Assembly: GCA_021399395.1 (NCBI GenBank)
Contig: JAAFKJ010000002.1
Location: 1 to 13,347, forward strand
Direction of reading: 5' to 3'
Origin: Candidatus Heimdallarchaeota archaeon
Lineage (GTDB): Archaea; Asgardarchaeota; Heimdallarchaeia; Heimdallarchaeales; Heimdallarchaeaceae
DNA: 13,347 nt
Shown here: piece by piece, positions 1 through 6,844 of the stretch
Numbering within the stretch: the first letter of the stretch is position 1
How the letters are laid out: each line of letters starts with the position of its first letter
Notes under the pieces: model-generated
Told to the model about the DNA's origin: nothing
The model's database searches: none
The model's input: only the letters and a program-made list of their open reading frames with translations
Made by a program: the position numbers and the translations under genes

Positions 1-2
1 CA

Positions 3-248
3 AGAGTTTGCAAATGGAAGCAAGGAATTAGCGGAAGAAATCCAGAGGGTAAAGTTCAACCAATCAATTTTCCCTGTAGATATCCTAATGAAGAATTATC
101 GTCAGAATTGTGTACTCAGTGTCTTTTAGGAGACCTCTTTGCTATGTTCTACACACAAGCAATGAGCATTAGAAAAAGTTCTGATATGCAAGAGGAGATA
201 ATGGCTTTTCTAAAGAGCTTCACAACGGAAGATTTTGACATGAGATGA
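3..248 (+). CDS. 3' part of a hypothetical protein (5'-truncated at window edge), four Cys including CxxC
   Basis: Frame +3 is open from the window edge to TGA at 246-248: RVCKWKQGISGRNPEGKVQPINFPCRYPNEELSSELCTQCLLGDLFAMFYTQAMSIRKSSDMQEEIMAFLKSFTTEDFDMR*. A T-rich tract follows. Not in the ORF track. Confidence 0.6.
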   Translation, partial: RVCKWKQGISGRNPEGKVQPINFPCRYPNEELSSELCTQCLLGDLFAMFYTQAMSIRKSSDMQEEIMAFLKSFTTEDFDMR

Positions 249-268
249 TTCTTTATCTCTTTATTTCA
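249..268 (+). terminator. Putative archaeal T-rich terminator of the left partial ORF
   Basis: TTCTTTATCTCTTTATTTC directly after the stop codon, in a convergent intergenic gap. Confidence 0.3.
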
Positions 269-309
269 ATATCAAATATCTTCTAACCTATGTTTTATTC
301 TAGATATCA

Positions 310-1434
310 TTAGAAGATTTGGAGCTTATTGTAAAGAGTATCTCTTCTAACGGGTATTCTTTCAGCATCCCTTATCAAATCGATAAATTCTTCTGTACTC
401 TTCTCTTCACCAAAACTTCCTCCAGCACTCTTAGTTATATTCTCCGTAAATAGAGTCCCACCCAAATCATTTACACCAGCATTCAAAGAAACTTGAGCTA
501 ATTTAGGTCCTAATTTGACCCATGAAGCTTGAATATTAGAAAAAGATTCTCCAAGATATAATCTTGCTGTACTGAATAAAGCTAAATCGTGCATACCTGT
601 GCTACTTGGTCTTGCTCCCATGTATCTGTAGAGTTTAGTATTTGGATAAACAAAGGATAACGGGATGAATTCAGTAAATCCATTTGAAATTTGTTGAATA
701 TGTTTTAAAATTGCTAGATGTTCAGCTTCTTCTAAATAGGTTTCAATATGCCCATACATCATTGTGGCAGTTGATCTTAATCCTAGAGAATGCCCAGTTA
801 AAACAATGTTAGCCCATTGCTTTGTTGAAATTTTCTCAGGACAAATCTTTCTTCTCACATCATCTACAAGAATTTCTGCTGCAGTTCCAGGAAATGAATC
901 CAAACCTTCTTTCTTTAAATCTTTAAATATGTCTTCTACTGTTTCTCCAGAAATTTGTGACATAAAAGCAATTTCAGAAGGAGAAAAACCATGAATATGA
1001 ATATTTGAGGAAACGGATTTTATTGTTTTCAGAATATCAACATAAAACTCATAATTTAGTTCAGTATCTAATCCCCCTTGAATGCAGATTTCTGTACAGT
1101 TTCGAGCCACAGCTTTTTCTGTTTCAATCTGAATTTCTTCAAGCGACATCCTTGAGATCTTACTTTTAGATGTTTCAGGTTTTATGCTATAAGAACAAAA
1201 ACGACAGGATCCTATACAATATTGAGTGAAATTGATATTTTGATTAACTATGAAAGTAACTTCATCTCCAGATTGTTGAGTTCGTAATTCGTCCGCCACA
1301 GAAGTTTGTATCCACAGTTCTTTACCGCGCTTTTTTAACATCTGAGCTAATTCTTTGATCTCGTCTTTATGTGATGGTCCGAAATTGCTCAAATCACATA
1401 CTTCATCTATTATTGGAGTAGAGAGTTTCTTCAT
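310..1434 (-). CDS. cofH: FO synthase subunit 2 (CofH), radical SAM 5-amino-6-(D-ribitylamino)uracil--L-tyrosine 4-hydroxyphenyl transferase
   Basis: NINFTQYCIGSCRFCSY (CxxxCxxC), EICIQGG, PGTAAEILVDDVRRKICPEKI, TATMMYGHIE, GFTEFIPL, NIQASWVKLG and NDLGGTLFTENI are CofH/MqnC-family motifs. The adjacent cofG favours CofH. ATG at 1434 preferred over TTG at 1452; either start overlaps the cofG end. Confidence 0.9.
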   Translation of the reverse strand: MKKLSTPIIDEVCDLSNFGPSHKDEIKELAQMLKKRGKELWIQTSVADELRTQQSGDEVTFIVNQNINFTQYCIGSCRFCSYSIKPETSKSKISRMSLEEIQIETEKAVARNCTEICIQGGLDTELNYEFYVDILKTIKSVSSNIHIHGFSPSEIAFMSQISGETVEDIFKDLKKEGLDSFPGTAAEILVDDVRRKICPEKISTKQWANIVLTGHSLGLRSTATMMYGHIETYLEEAEHLAILKHIQQISNGFTEFIPLSFVYPNTKLYRYMGARPSSTGMHDLALFSTARLYLGESFSNIQASWVKLGPKLAQVSLNAGVNDLGGTLFTENITKSAGGSFGEEKSTEEFIDLIRDAERIPVRRDTLYNKLQIF

Positions 1435-2497
1435 TTTTATGATATTCCTCAATAATGTCTCTTAATCTACTGTTTAAATATTTTTCATATTGTGGATAAA
1501 CAGGTAATCGCTCTATAAGTTCATACTCTGAATCAATCAGCTGTTTGTGCAAAGTTTGTTCTTTATGCCATTCCATATTGGGATTAATGTAGTCAATTGT
1601 AACTGGAGAAATCCCCCCCACGTCATTTGCACCCGATTCCAAAGCATCAATAATTCTTGTTTTGTTTAAGTTCGGTGGGATTTGAATACTGATTGAATGA
1701 GATAAAATGAGACGCGCGACTGACAAGATAAGGAGTACCTCTTCATCTGAAGGAGGGGACCACTCTGCCATTGGTGTATTGGGCTGAGGATTGAAATTCT
1801 GTACAATTACTTCTTGAATATGGTTGTATTTTAGATGAATTTCATTTATTGTTTGTAAAGAGTCTATTCTCTCCTCCCAAGTTTCCCCAATTCCTATCAA
1901 AATACCAGTAGTAAAAGGAATCTTCAGTTGCCCCGCAGTTGATATAGTTTTAAGACGTAGAGAAGGCTTTTTTCCTGGTGATAAGTGATGAGGTTTCCCT
2001 TGCTCCATTAAACGTTCACTGCTTGTCTCTAACATGAGACCCATACTTGCATTTGTTTCTTTCAATAGACTTAGTTCTTCTAAACTTAAAATCCCTAAAT
2101 TTGAATGTGGAAGAAGATTTTCCTTTAAAGCAAGTTCACAGAAATTCTCCACATATTTTACTGTTGAATCAAATCCGTACTTAGATAAGAAATCTCTAGC
2201 AGTTTGATATTTTTCTTCTGGTTTTTCACCCAAAGTAATCAGGATTTCCTTACAATTTGCTTCTTTAGCTTTATTTAGCAACATCTGATATCTATCAGGT
2301 TTTATCCAACTACTAACATCATCTGAAACAAAACCACAATATCCACATCTATTCCGACATTGATGAGTTACTGGAACAAACAGATTGCGTGAAAAAGTTA
2401 CTATATTATTGTAATAATTCTCTTTTTTTTCCTTAGCTTTAAAGTACAATTCTTCTTTATTATTATCTAATGTTGAGAGAATTGTTTCGGTTTCCAT
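1403..2497 (-). CDS. cofG: FO synthase subunit 1 (CofG), 7,8-didemethyl-8-hydroxy-5-deazariboflavin synthase, radical SAM
   Basis: TFSRNLFVPVTHQCRNRCGYCGF (CxxxCxxC), SMGLMLET, PGKKPSLRL, IPFTTGILIGIGET, HIQEVIVQNF, QIPPNL, GANDVGGISPVTIDYINP and ERLPVYP are characteristic of CofG. Start is ATG 2497 or TTG 2506. Confidence 0.93.
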   Translation of the reverse strand: METETILSTLDNNKEELYFKAKEKKENYYNNIVTFSRNLFVPVTHQCRNRCGYCGFVSDDVSSWIKPDRYQMLLNKAKEANCKEILITLGEKPEEKYQTARDFLSKYGFDSTVKYVENFCELALKENLLPHSNLGILSLEELSLLKETNASMGLMLETSSERLMEQGKPHHLSPGKKPSLRLKTISTAGQLKIPFTTGILIGIGETWEERIDSLQTINEIHLKYNHIQEVIVQNFNPQPNTPMAEWSPPSDEEVLLILSVARLILSHSISIQIPPNLNKTRIIDALESGANDVGGISPVTIDYINPNMEWHKEQTLHKQLIDSEYELIERLPVYPQYEKYLNSRLRDIIEEYHKNEETLYSNNR

Positions 2498-2506
2498 GCC
2501 ATTCAA

Positions 2507-3178
2507 CTACTTTGGTTTAAGAGTTACGATAAATCCTTCTTCTAACTGATCAATTTTTTCCAATTTGAAGTTTAAAGTATCAGCAACATTAACCACAACT
2601 TCCTCTTCATACAGAGGTTTAGCATTGATAGTTCCTGCAAGTAAAGTGGCATAAAATATATGAAGTCTGTCAACTAGCTTTAACTTGAGAAATTGAGTAA
2701 TAATTTTTGATCCACCCTCAACAAGTAACTTGTTTACTTTGAATCCTTGTTTCAACTTATGGAGTATTTCAGTTAAGTCAAGATAACCATGCTGTTGTGA
2801 CTTTGAGATTTTTAGCACTTTGGCTCCTACTTCTTCCAATTGCTTAATTTTCTCCTCAGAAGAGTTTCCTGCAGTAACAATCAGAGTGGGATAATTTTCA
2901 AGGTTTGTTAAAATCTTAGAGGTTAGGGGTATTTTACATGTGGAGTCTAAGATGACGCGTAAAGGATGAGGTTTTTTAGGAGTTACATATCGAATTGTTA
3001 GTAAGGGGTCATCTTTTTCAATTGTATTTATTCCAACAAGTATGGCATCAACAGAATTTCGAAGTTCATGTACTCTTATCCAATCTTCTTTTGTTGAAAG
3101 GATTAATGCTCCTTCACTTGATGCTATAACTCCATCTAAAGAGCTTGCTACATTGATAATTACTTCTGGTCTTTCCAT
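2507..3178 (-). CDS. arfC: Stand-alone RibD C-terminal (DHFR-fold) reductase, 2,5-diamino-6-(ribosylamino)-4(3H)-pyrimidinone 5'-phosphate reductase (archaeal ArfC/MJ0671, Rib7-like)
   Basis: RPEVIINVASSLDG, EDWIRVHELRNSVDAILVGINTIEKDDPLLTIR, RVILDS and LLVEGG motifs. No N-terminal cytidine-deaminase domain. Confidence 0.85.
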   Translation of the reverse strand: MERPEVIINVASSLDGVIASSEGALILSTKEDWIRVHELRNSVDAILVGINTIEKDDPLLTIRYVTPKKPHPLRVILDSTCKIPLTSKILTNLENYPTLIVTAGNSSEEKIKQLEEVGAKVLKISKSQQHGYLDLTEILHKLKQGFKVNKLLVEGGSKIITQFLKLKLVDRLHIFYATLLAGTINAKPLYEEEVVVNVADTLNFKLEKIDQLEEGFIVTLKPK

Positions 3179-4311
3179 TTTACAATCTTTCCTTTAAACA
3201 TTTGAAAAACGATATCACTTGGTTCAGCTCTCATGGTAATAGCCGAGTAAACATCTTTTGAGTATTTGGTATTTGGACTATTCAAATCAATCCCTAATAA
3301 GTCTCCATAGAATCCTTCTGAGATTTGTCCTATTTGTCTTCTTATTATCTCTCCAGGATTAACCGTAACTGCTTTTAGAATTTCCTTTGGCAAAATAGTT
3401 TGATAGTTGCTTCTCGCCGAGTAAAGAGTAAATGCCATAAGTCTAAAGGGGTCGGGATTATTACAGAAGGTATTGTCAGTCCCTAAGCCAAGTAGAAGTT
3501 CATTTTTCAGAATAAGTGCAATTGGGGGAAATTTCAGACCATGATAGAGATTTGAAATAGGACAACAGATGACATTTGTATTGTTTTTCTTAAGAAGAAT
3601 AAGATCATTTTCATTTGAATAAGTCGCATGAACAACAAAATCAAAGAATGGATATTCACATATTTTCTCTATATCTGGTTTTCCGAATCTAGTTAGGGAT
3701 TCAGAAATTACCTCCATTGACTCAGATGCATGAATAGCAGCTATTTTCTCTTGATTATTTTCTTTCAAGTCCTTTGTTTGTCTCATAATGTCTTCATCAA
3801 TTGAAAAGACATCTGAAAAACCAAACCCATCAGACATCTCAGAAATATCGGCTAGATTATTATCTCCATATTGACGTCCTAAAATAACAGCTCTTATTGG
3901 ATATTCGTTCAATTCCTCTTTCAGGAGTTTTATTCCATCTATCCCTTCTTCTCTAAAATCAACAAAAGCAGTAAAACCGTTTTTTACATGCATATCTAGC
4001 GAATTACGTATACTTTGAGCTTTCTCTTCTTCCGATTTAGAATTAAGTGTAGAGTGTTTTACCCCTTTTGGTCCAACAGCTTCTTCAAGCGTAAGTCCAT
4101 ATGTAAAGTCCTTAAGGCAAGCATCAGCAACATGAGTATGTGCGTTGATAAAACCTGGAATTATCACATTTGATGGAGGTAACACATATTCGGCAGTTTT
4201 CTGCTCATTTGATACTTTTTGAATTATTCCCTTCTCATCTATCTGAATTAAAATATCCTCTACAAATTTCAAATCCGGACCGATTAATGCATTTCCACGA
4301 ACTGTGACCAT
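3160..4311 (-). CDS. Metal-dependent amidohydrolase/deaminase (ATZ/TRZ, archaeal chlorohydrolase/MJ0699-like); candidate pyrimidine deaminase
   Basis: PGFINAHTH (HxH), DFREEGIDGIKLL, AIHASE (HxxE), VVHAT, CPISN, LGTDN and AVTVNPG form a deaminase-type amidohydrolase metal site. Its stop overlaps the reductase start by 19 nt. Start is ATG 4311 or TTG 4317. Confidence 0.85.
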   Translation of the reverse strand: MVTVRGNALIGPDLKFVEDILIQIDEKGIIQKVSNEQKTAEYVLPPSNVIIPGFINAHTHVADACLKDFTYGLTLEEAVGPKGVKHSTLNSKSEEEKAQSIRNSLDMHVKNGFTAFVDFREEGIDGIKLLKEELNEYPIRAVILGRQYGDNNLADISEMSDGFGFSDVFSIDEDIMRQTKDLKENNQEKIAAIHASESMEVISESLTRFGKPDIEKICEYPFFDFVVHATYSNENDLILLKKNNTNVICCPISNLYHGLKFPPIALILKNELLLGLGTDNTFCNNPDPFRLMAFTLYSARSNYQTILPKEILKAVTVNPGEIIRRQIGQISEGFYGDLLGIDLNSPNTKYSKDVYSAITMRAEPSDIVFQMFKGKIVKWKDQK

Positions 4312-4337
4312 TTTCAAGGTGATATTTCAATGATAAG

Positions 4338-4350
4338 ATAATAAATCTTT
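4338..4350 (-). promoter_or_regulatory. Possible TATA box for the amidohydrolase-arfC-cofG-cofH operon (near-leaderless transcript)
   Basis: The minus strand reads AAAGATTTATTAT, about 20-35 nt upstream of the candidate starts. No clear SD precedes the start. Confidence 0.3.
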
Positions 4351-4377
4351 GTAGGTCAAAATAAGCTGGCATACATT

Positions 4378-4400
4378 CGCAAAAATCATTATATTTATAA
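4378..4400 (+). promoter_or_regulatory. Putative BRE/TATA promoter of the EF-2-like gene
   Basis: CGCAAAAATCATTATATTTATAA ends 45 nt upstream of ATG 4446. An SD-like GTGAT at 4436-4440 lies 5 nt before the ATG. Confidence 0.45.
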
Positions 4401-4445
4401 TAAGAACTATTGAAAATAGCCTCATAGCACAATTCGTGATAAAAA

Positions 4446-6677
4446 ATGGTTCGTGTAAAGAATCCAGATGAAATTCGTGATATGATTAAGAATCACCCAA
4501 TGGAGCTAAGAAGAGTTTTTTCCATTGCGGCACATATCGATCATGGTAAAACAACAACAAGTGACTATCTTCTTCGTAAAGCAGGTCTAATGTCTGATGC
4601 TGATGCAGGTAAAAAAGTTATGATGGACTCAGATGAAGAAGAACAAGAAAGAGGTATTACTATCTTTACTTCAGTTGTTATGCTCAACTATGAATATGAA
4701 GATGAAAATGGGGAGACTAAATCTTACCTATTTGAAATTAATGATACACCGGGACACATTAGTTTCACTGGTGAAGTTAGTAGAGCACTACGTGGTAGTG
4801 ACGGTGTAATTTTGCTTGTTGATGCACTTGAAGGTATTATGACTCAAACTGAAACAAATATCAGACTTAGTTTAAATGAACAATGTAAGCCTGTTCTCTT
4901 TATTAATAAAGTAGATAGACTGATTTCCGAGTTACGATTAGCTCCTGCAGATGTTTTCCAGAAAATTGACAATATCCTCAATGGTGTAAACAAACTCATT
5001 AGAGATAACGCTCCAGAAGGAACTGGCAAAAAATGGCAAGTTTCATTTAAGGATGGCTCAGTTGCAGTAGGAAGTGCAAAAGATGGTTGGGCATTCAATA
5101 TGGCCACTTTGCAGCGATTGAAGATTAAGCCACAAGATGTATTTGCTAAATATGGAGAAAATGATAAAGAATGGTTGAGAGAAAATCTCCCTCTTGAAGA
5201 ACCTCTTCTTGAAATGGTTATCAAACATTTACCAAATCCAATACAGGGGCAACAAGTGAAAATACCCGCGATTTGGGGTGGAGATGTAAACAGTCCTGTA
5301 GGTCAATCTTTGATGACATGTGATAGAGATGGACCTTTAATGGGAATGATTACCAAGATCTTCATTGAGCCAAAATCTAAACGACCAACACTTATCGGAA
5401 GAGTTTTTTCCGGGACTCTAAGGAGTTCAGATTCGCTCTTTCTTATGGGTAAGAAAACTTCTGCTAGAATTAAACGTCTTGGTGTAATGGAAATTACAGA
5501 CATTCTTGATGTTGATGAGGTCCCTGCAGGAAATCTTTTTGCGATTTATGGGTTCATCACTCCAGCCGGAGAAACCTTTGTTAAAGAAGGTGAAGAAGGC
5601 AATCTTACATCATTTGAAGAGATATCTTATGTAGCTGAACCTGTTGTTAGTAGAACAATTAAACCAAGAGATCCTCAAGACATTGCAAAATTAGGAGAAG
5701 TGGTTTCCAAGTGGATTATGGCAGACCCTACCGCAACATTTAGACATGACCAAGAATCAAAAACATATGTATTATCAGGTATCGATCCACTACAGATTGA
5801 AATTCTTGTAACAAGAATTGAAGAACAAGTTCCGATTGAGGTAAGTGATCCAATCATTGTTTACAGAGAAGTTCCAACAAAGCAAGGTATCACTGTCCAC
5901 GCTAAATCTCCAAATGGTCATAACAGACTTATGATAAATGTTCAACCTTTGAACCAAGCGTCAATAGATCTGATAGCTTCAGGCAAAGTCCATAATGATC
6001 AAGAAAGAAGAGAAAGAGCTAATCTTCTACAGGCAGAAGGCGGATGGGAAGCCAAACGAGCAAGAAGAATTTGGTATATTAAAGACTCAAATATGATAAT
6101 TGATGCCACATCGGGTGTTCAAAGATTAGATAATATCAAAGCGTATATCATTCAGATATTCATTGATTTCTGTGATGGTGCAACATTAGCTAAAGAACCT
6201 TTGATGGGATCATTATTCACAATCACAGATGCTACAGTTCACGTAGATCCTGCTCATACAGGTTTTACTGAAATCTTCCAAATGTGTTTGGCAGCATTCC
6301 ATACATCTTTCCTTACAAGTGAGCCACAAGTTCTGGAACCAATGCAAATAATCGATATCAAAGTCCCTTCAGATTATGTAGGAAATATGTCCAAAGTTAT
6401 TACTCAACACAGAGGTGTAATTCTAGATATGCTCCAAGAAGGAGAAAACACTAGAATACGAGGAAAAATACCAACAGCAGAAACTATAGATTTAGCTGAT
6501 GAAATAAGAGGAAATAGTTCAGGAAGAGCCTTCTTCGGGTATGAATTCACAGGATTTGAACGCGTTCCAGTAAGCTTAGAACAAGAGATTATTGAGAGCA
6601 TAAGAACTCGTAAAGATCTATCACCTCAAGTTCCTGATGTTTCTAATTGGGATAGGTTCATGTATAAACGTTCATAA
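4446..6677 (+). CDS. Archaeal elongation factor 2 family translational GTPase, probably the divergent paralog aEF-2p
   Basis: G1 AHIDHGKTT, G2 EQERGITI, G3 DTPGH, G4 NKVD, G5 GSAK, GRVFSGT, VSDPIIVYRE, KSPNGHNR and LEPMQ. The 743-aa length is EF-2-like. Non-canonical motifs are HTG for HRG and GIDPLQIE for GMGELHLE. No ribosomal protein genes flank it. Confidence 0.9.
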   Translation: MVRVKNPDEIRDMIKNHPMELRRVFSIAAHIDHGKTTTSDYLLRKAGLMSDADAGKKVMMDSDEEEQERGITIFTSVVMLNYEYEDENGETKSYLFEINDTPGHISFTGEVSRALRGSDGVILLVDALEGIMTQTETNIRLSLNEQCKPVLFINKVDRLISELRLAPADVFQKIDNILNGVNKLIRDNAPEGTGKKWQVSFKDGSVAVGSAKDGWAFNMATLQRLKIKPQDVFAKYGENDKEWLRENLPLEEPLLEMVIKHLPNPIQGQQVKIPAIWGGDVNSPVGQSLMTCDRDGPLMGMITKIFIEPKSKRPTLIGRVFSGTLRSSDSLFLMGKKTSARIKRLGVMEITDILDVDEVPAGNLFAIYGFITPAGETFVKEGEEGNLTSFEEISYVAEPVVSRTIKPRDPQDIAKLGEVVSKWIMADPTATFRHDQESKTYVLSGIDPLQIEILVTRIEEQVPIEVSDPIIVYREVPTKQGITVHAKSPNGHNRLMINVQPLNQASIDLIASGKVHNDQERRERANLLQAEGGWEAKRARRIWYIKDSNMIIDATSGVQRLDNIKAYIIQIFIDFCDGATLAKEPLMGSLFTITDATVHVDPAHTGFTEIFQMCLAAFHTSFLTSEPQVLEPMQIIDIKVPSDYVGNMSKVITQHRGVILDMLQEGENTRIRGKIPTAETIDLADEIRGNSSGRAFFGYEFTGFERVPVSLEQEIIESIRTRKDLSPQVPDVSNWDRFMYKRS

Positions 6678-6678
6678 A

Positions 6679-6716
6679 TTCTTTTTTCTTTCCTTTCTTT
6701 TCTTTATTTTTGTTTA
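6679..6716 (+). terminator. Poly-pyrimidine (T-tract) terminator of the EF-2-like gene
   Basis: TTCTTTTTTCTTTCCTTTCTTTTCTTTATTTTTGTTT immediately after TAA 6675-6677. Confidence 0.6.
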
Positions 6717-6807
6717 TCTGTCTTTAGAGACCTTCTTGTTAGGATACCCTTACAATAACCACCTTATTGTTTCCACTGGAAAAATTTCTTTGCAAAATAA
6801 TGTAAAT

Positions 6808-6844
6808 GAGAAAAAATAAAGGAAAAAATGAGTGAAGAAGGGGA
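6808..6844 (-). terminator. T-tract terminator of the MoxR-cluster operon
   Basis: The plus-strand purine/A tract GAGAAAAAATAAAGGAAAAAATG is a T-tract on the minus strand, just after the stop at 6845. Confidence 0.5.

Noticed and set aside
764-994. 76-aa plus-strand ORF
   Set aside because: Antisense shadow within cofH, with no motif or RBS.
310-1452. MqnC/MqnE (futalosine menaquinone pathway) assignment
   Set aside because: Same superfamily, but the overlap with cofG and the absence of mqnA/B/D favour CofH.
1613-2430. Homopolymers C7 (1613-1619) and T8 (2423-2430) in cofG as phase-variation or frameshift sites
   Set aside because: The frame is intact, the runs are short and explained by Gly-Gly and Lys/Glu codons, and I saw no alternative-frame product.
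310-4317. Apparently lower GC in the cof operon than in the MoxR cluster (possible horizontal transfer)
   Set aside because: Only an impression from a few sampled lines, not quantified. No mobile-element or boundary repeats were seen.
4235-4432. 65-aa minus-strand ORF across the divergent promoter
   Set aside because: It overlaps the amidohydrolase out of frame and covers the TATA-like elements; the composition looks non-coding.
4844-6601. Four minus-strand ORFs (126, 66, 60, 65 aa)
   Set aside because: Antisense shadows of the EF-2-like gene.
310-6677. Idea that the two radical SAM enzymes modify the neighbouring EF-2 His as a diphthamide substitute
   Set aside because: Both carry clear CofG/CofH signatures and sit with a flavin-precursor reductase. 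Dph2 is a different, non-CxxxCxxC family.
6637-6819. 60-aa Phe-rich plus-strand ORF that looks like a small membrane protein
   Set aside because: The Phe/Leu run is simply the translation of the T-tract terminator.
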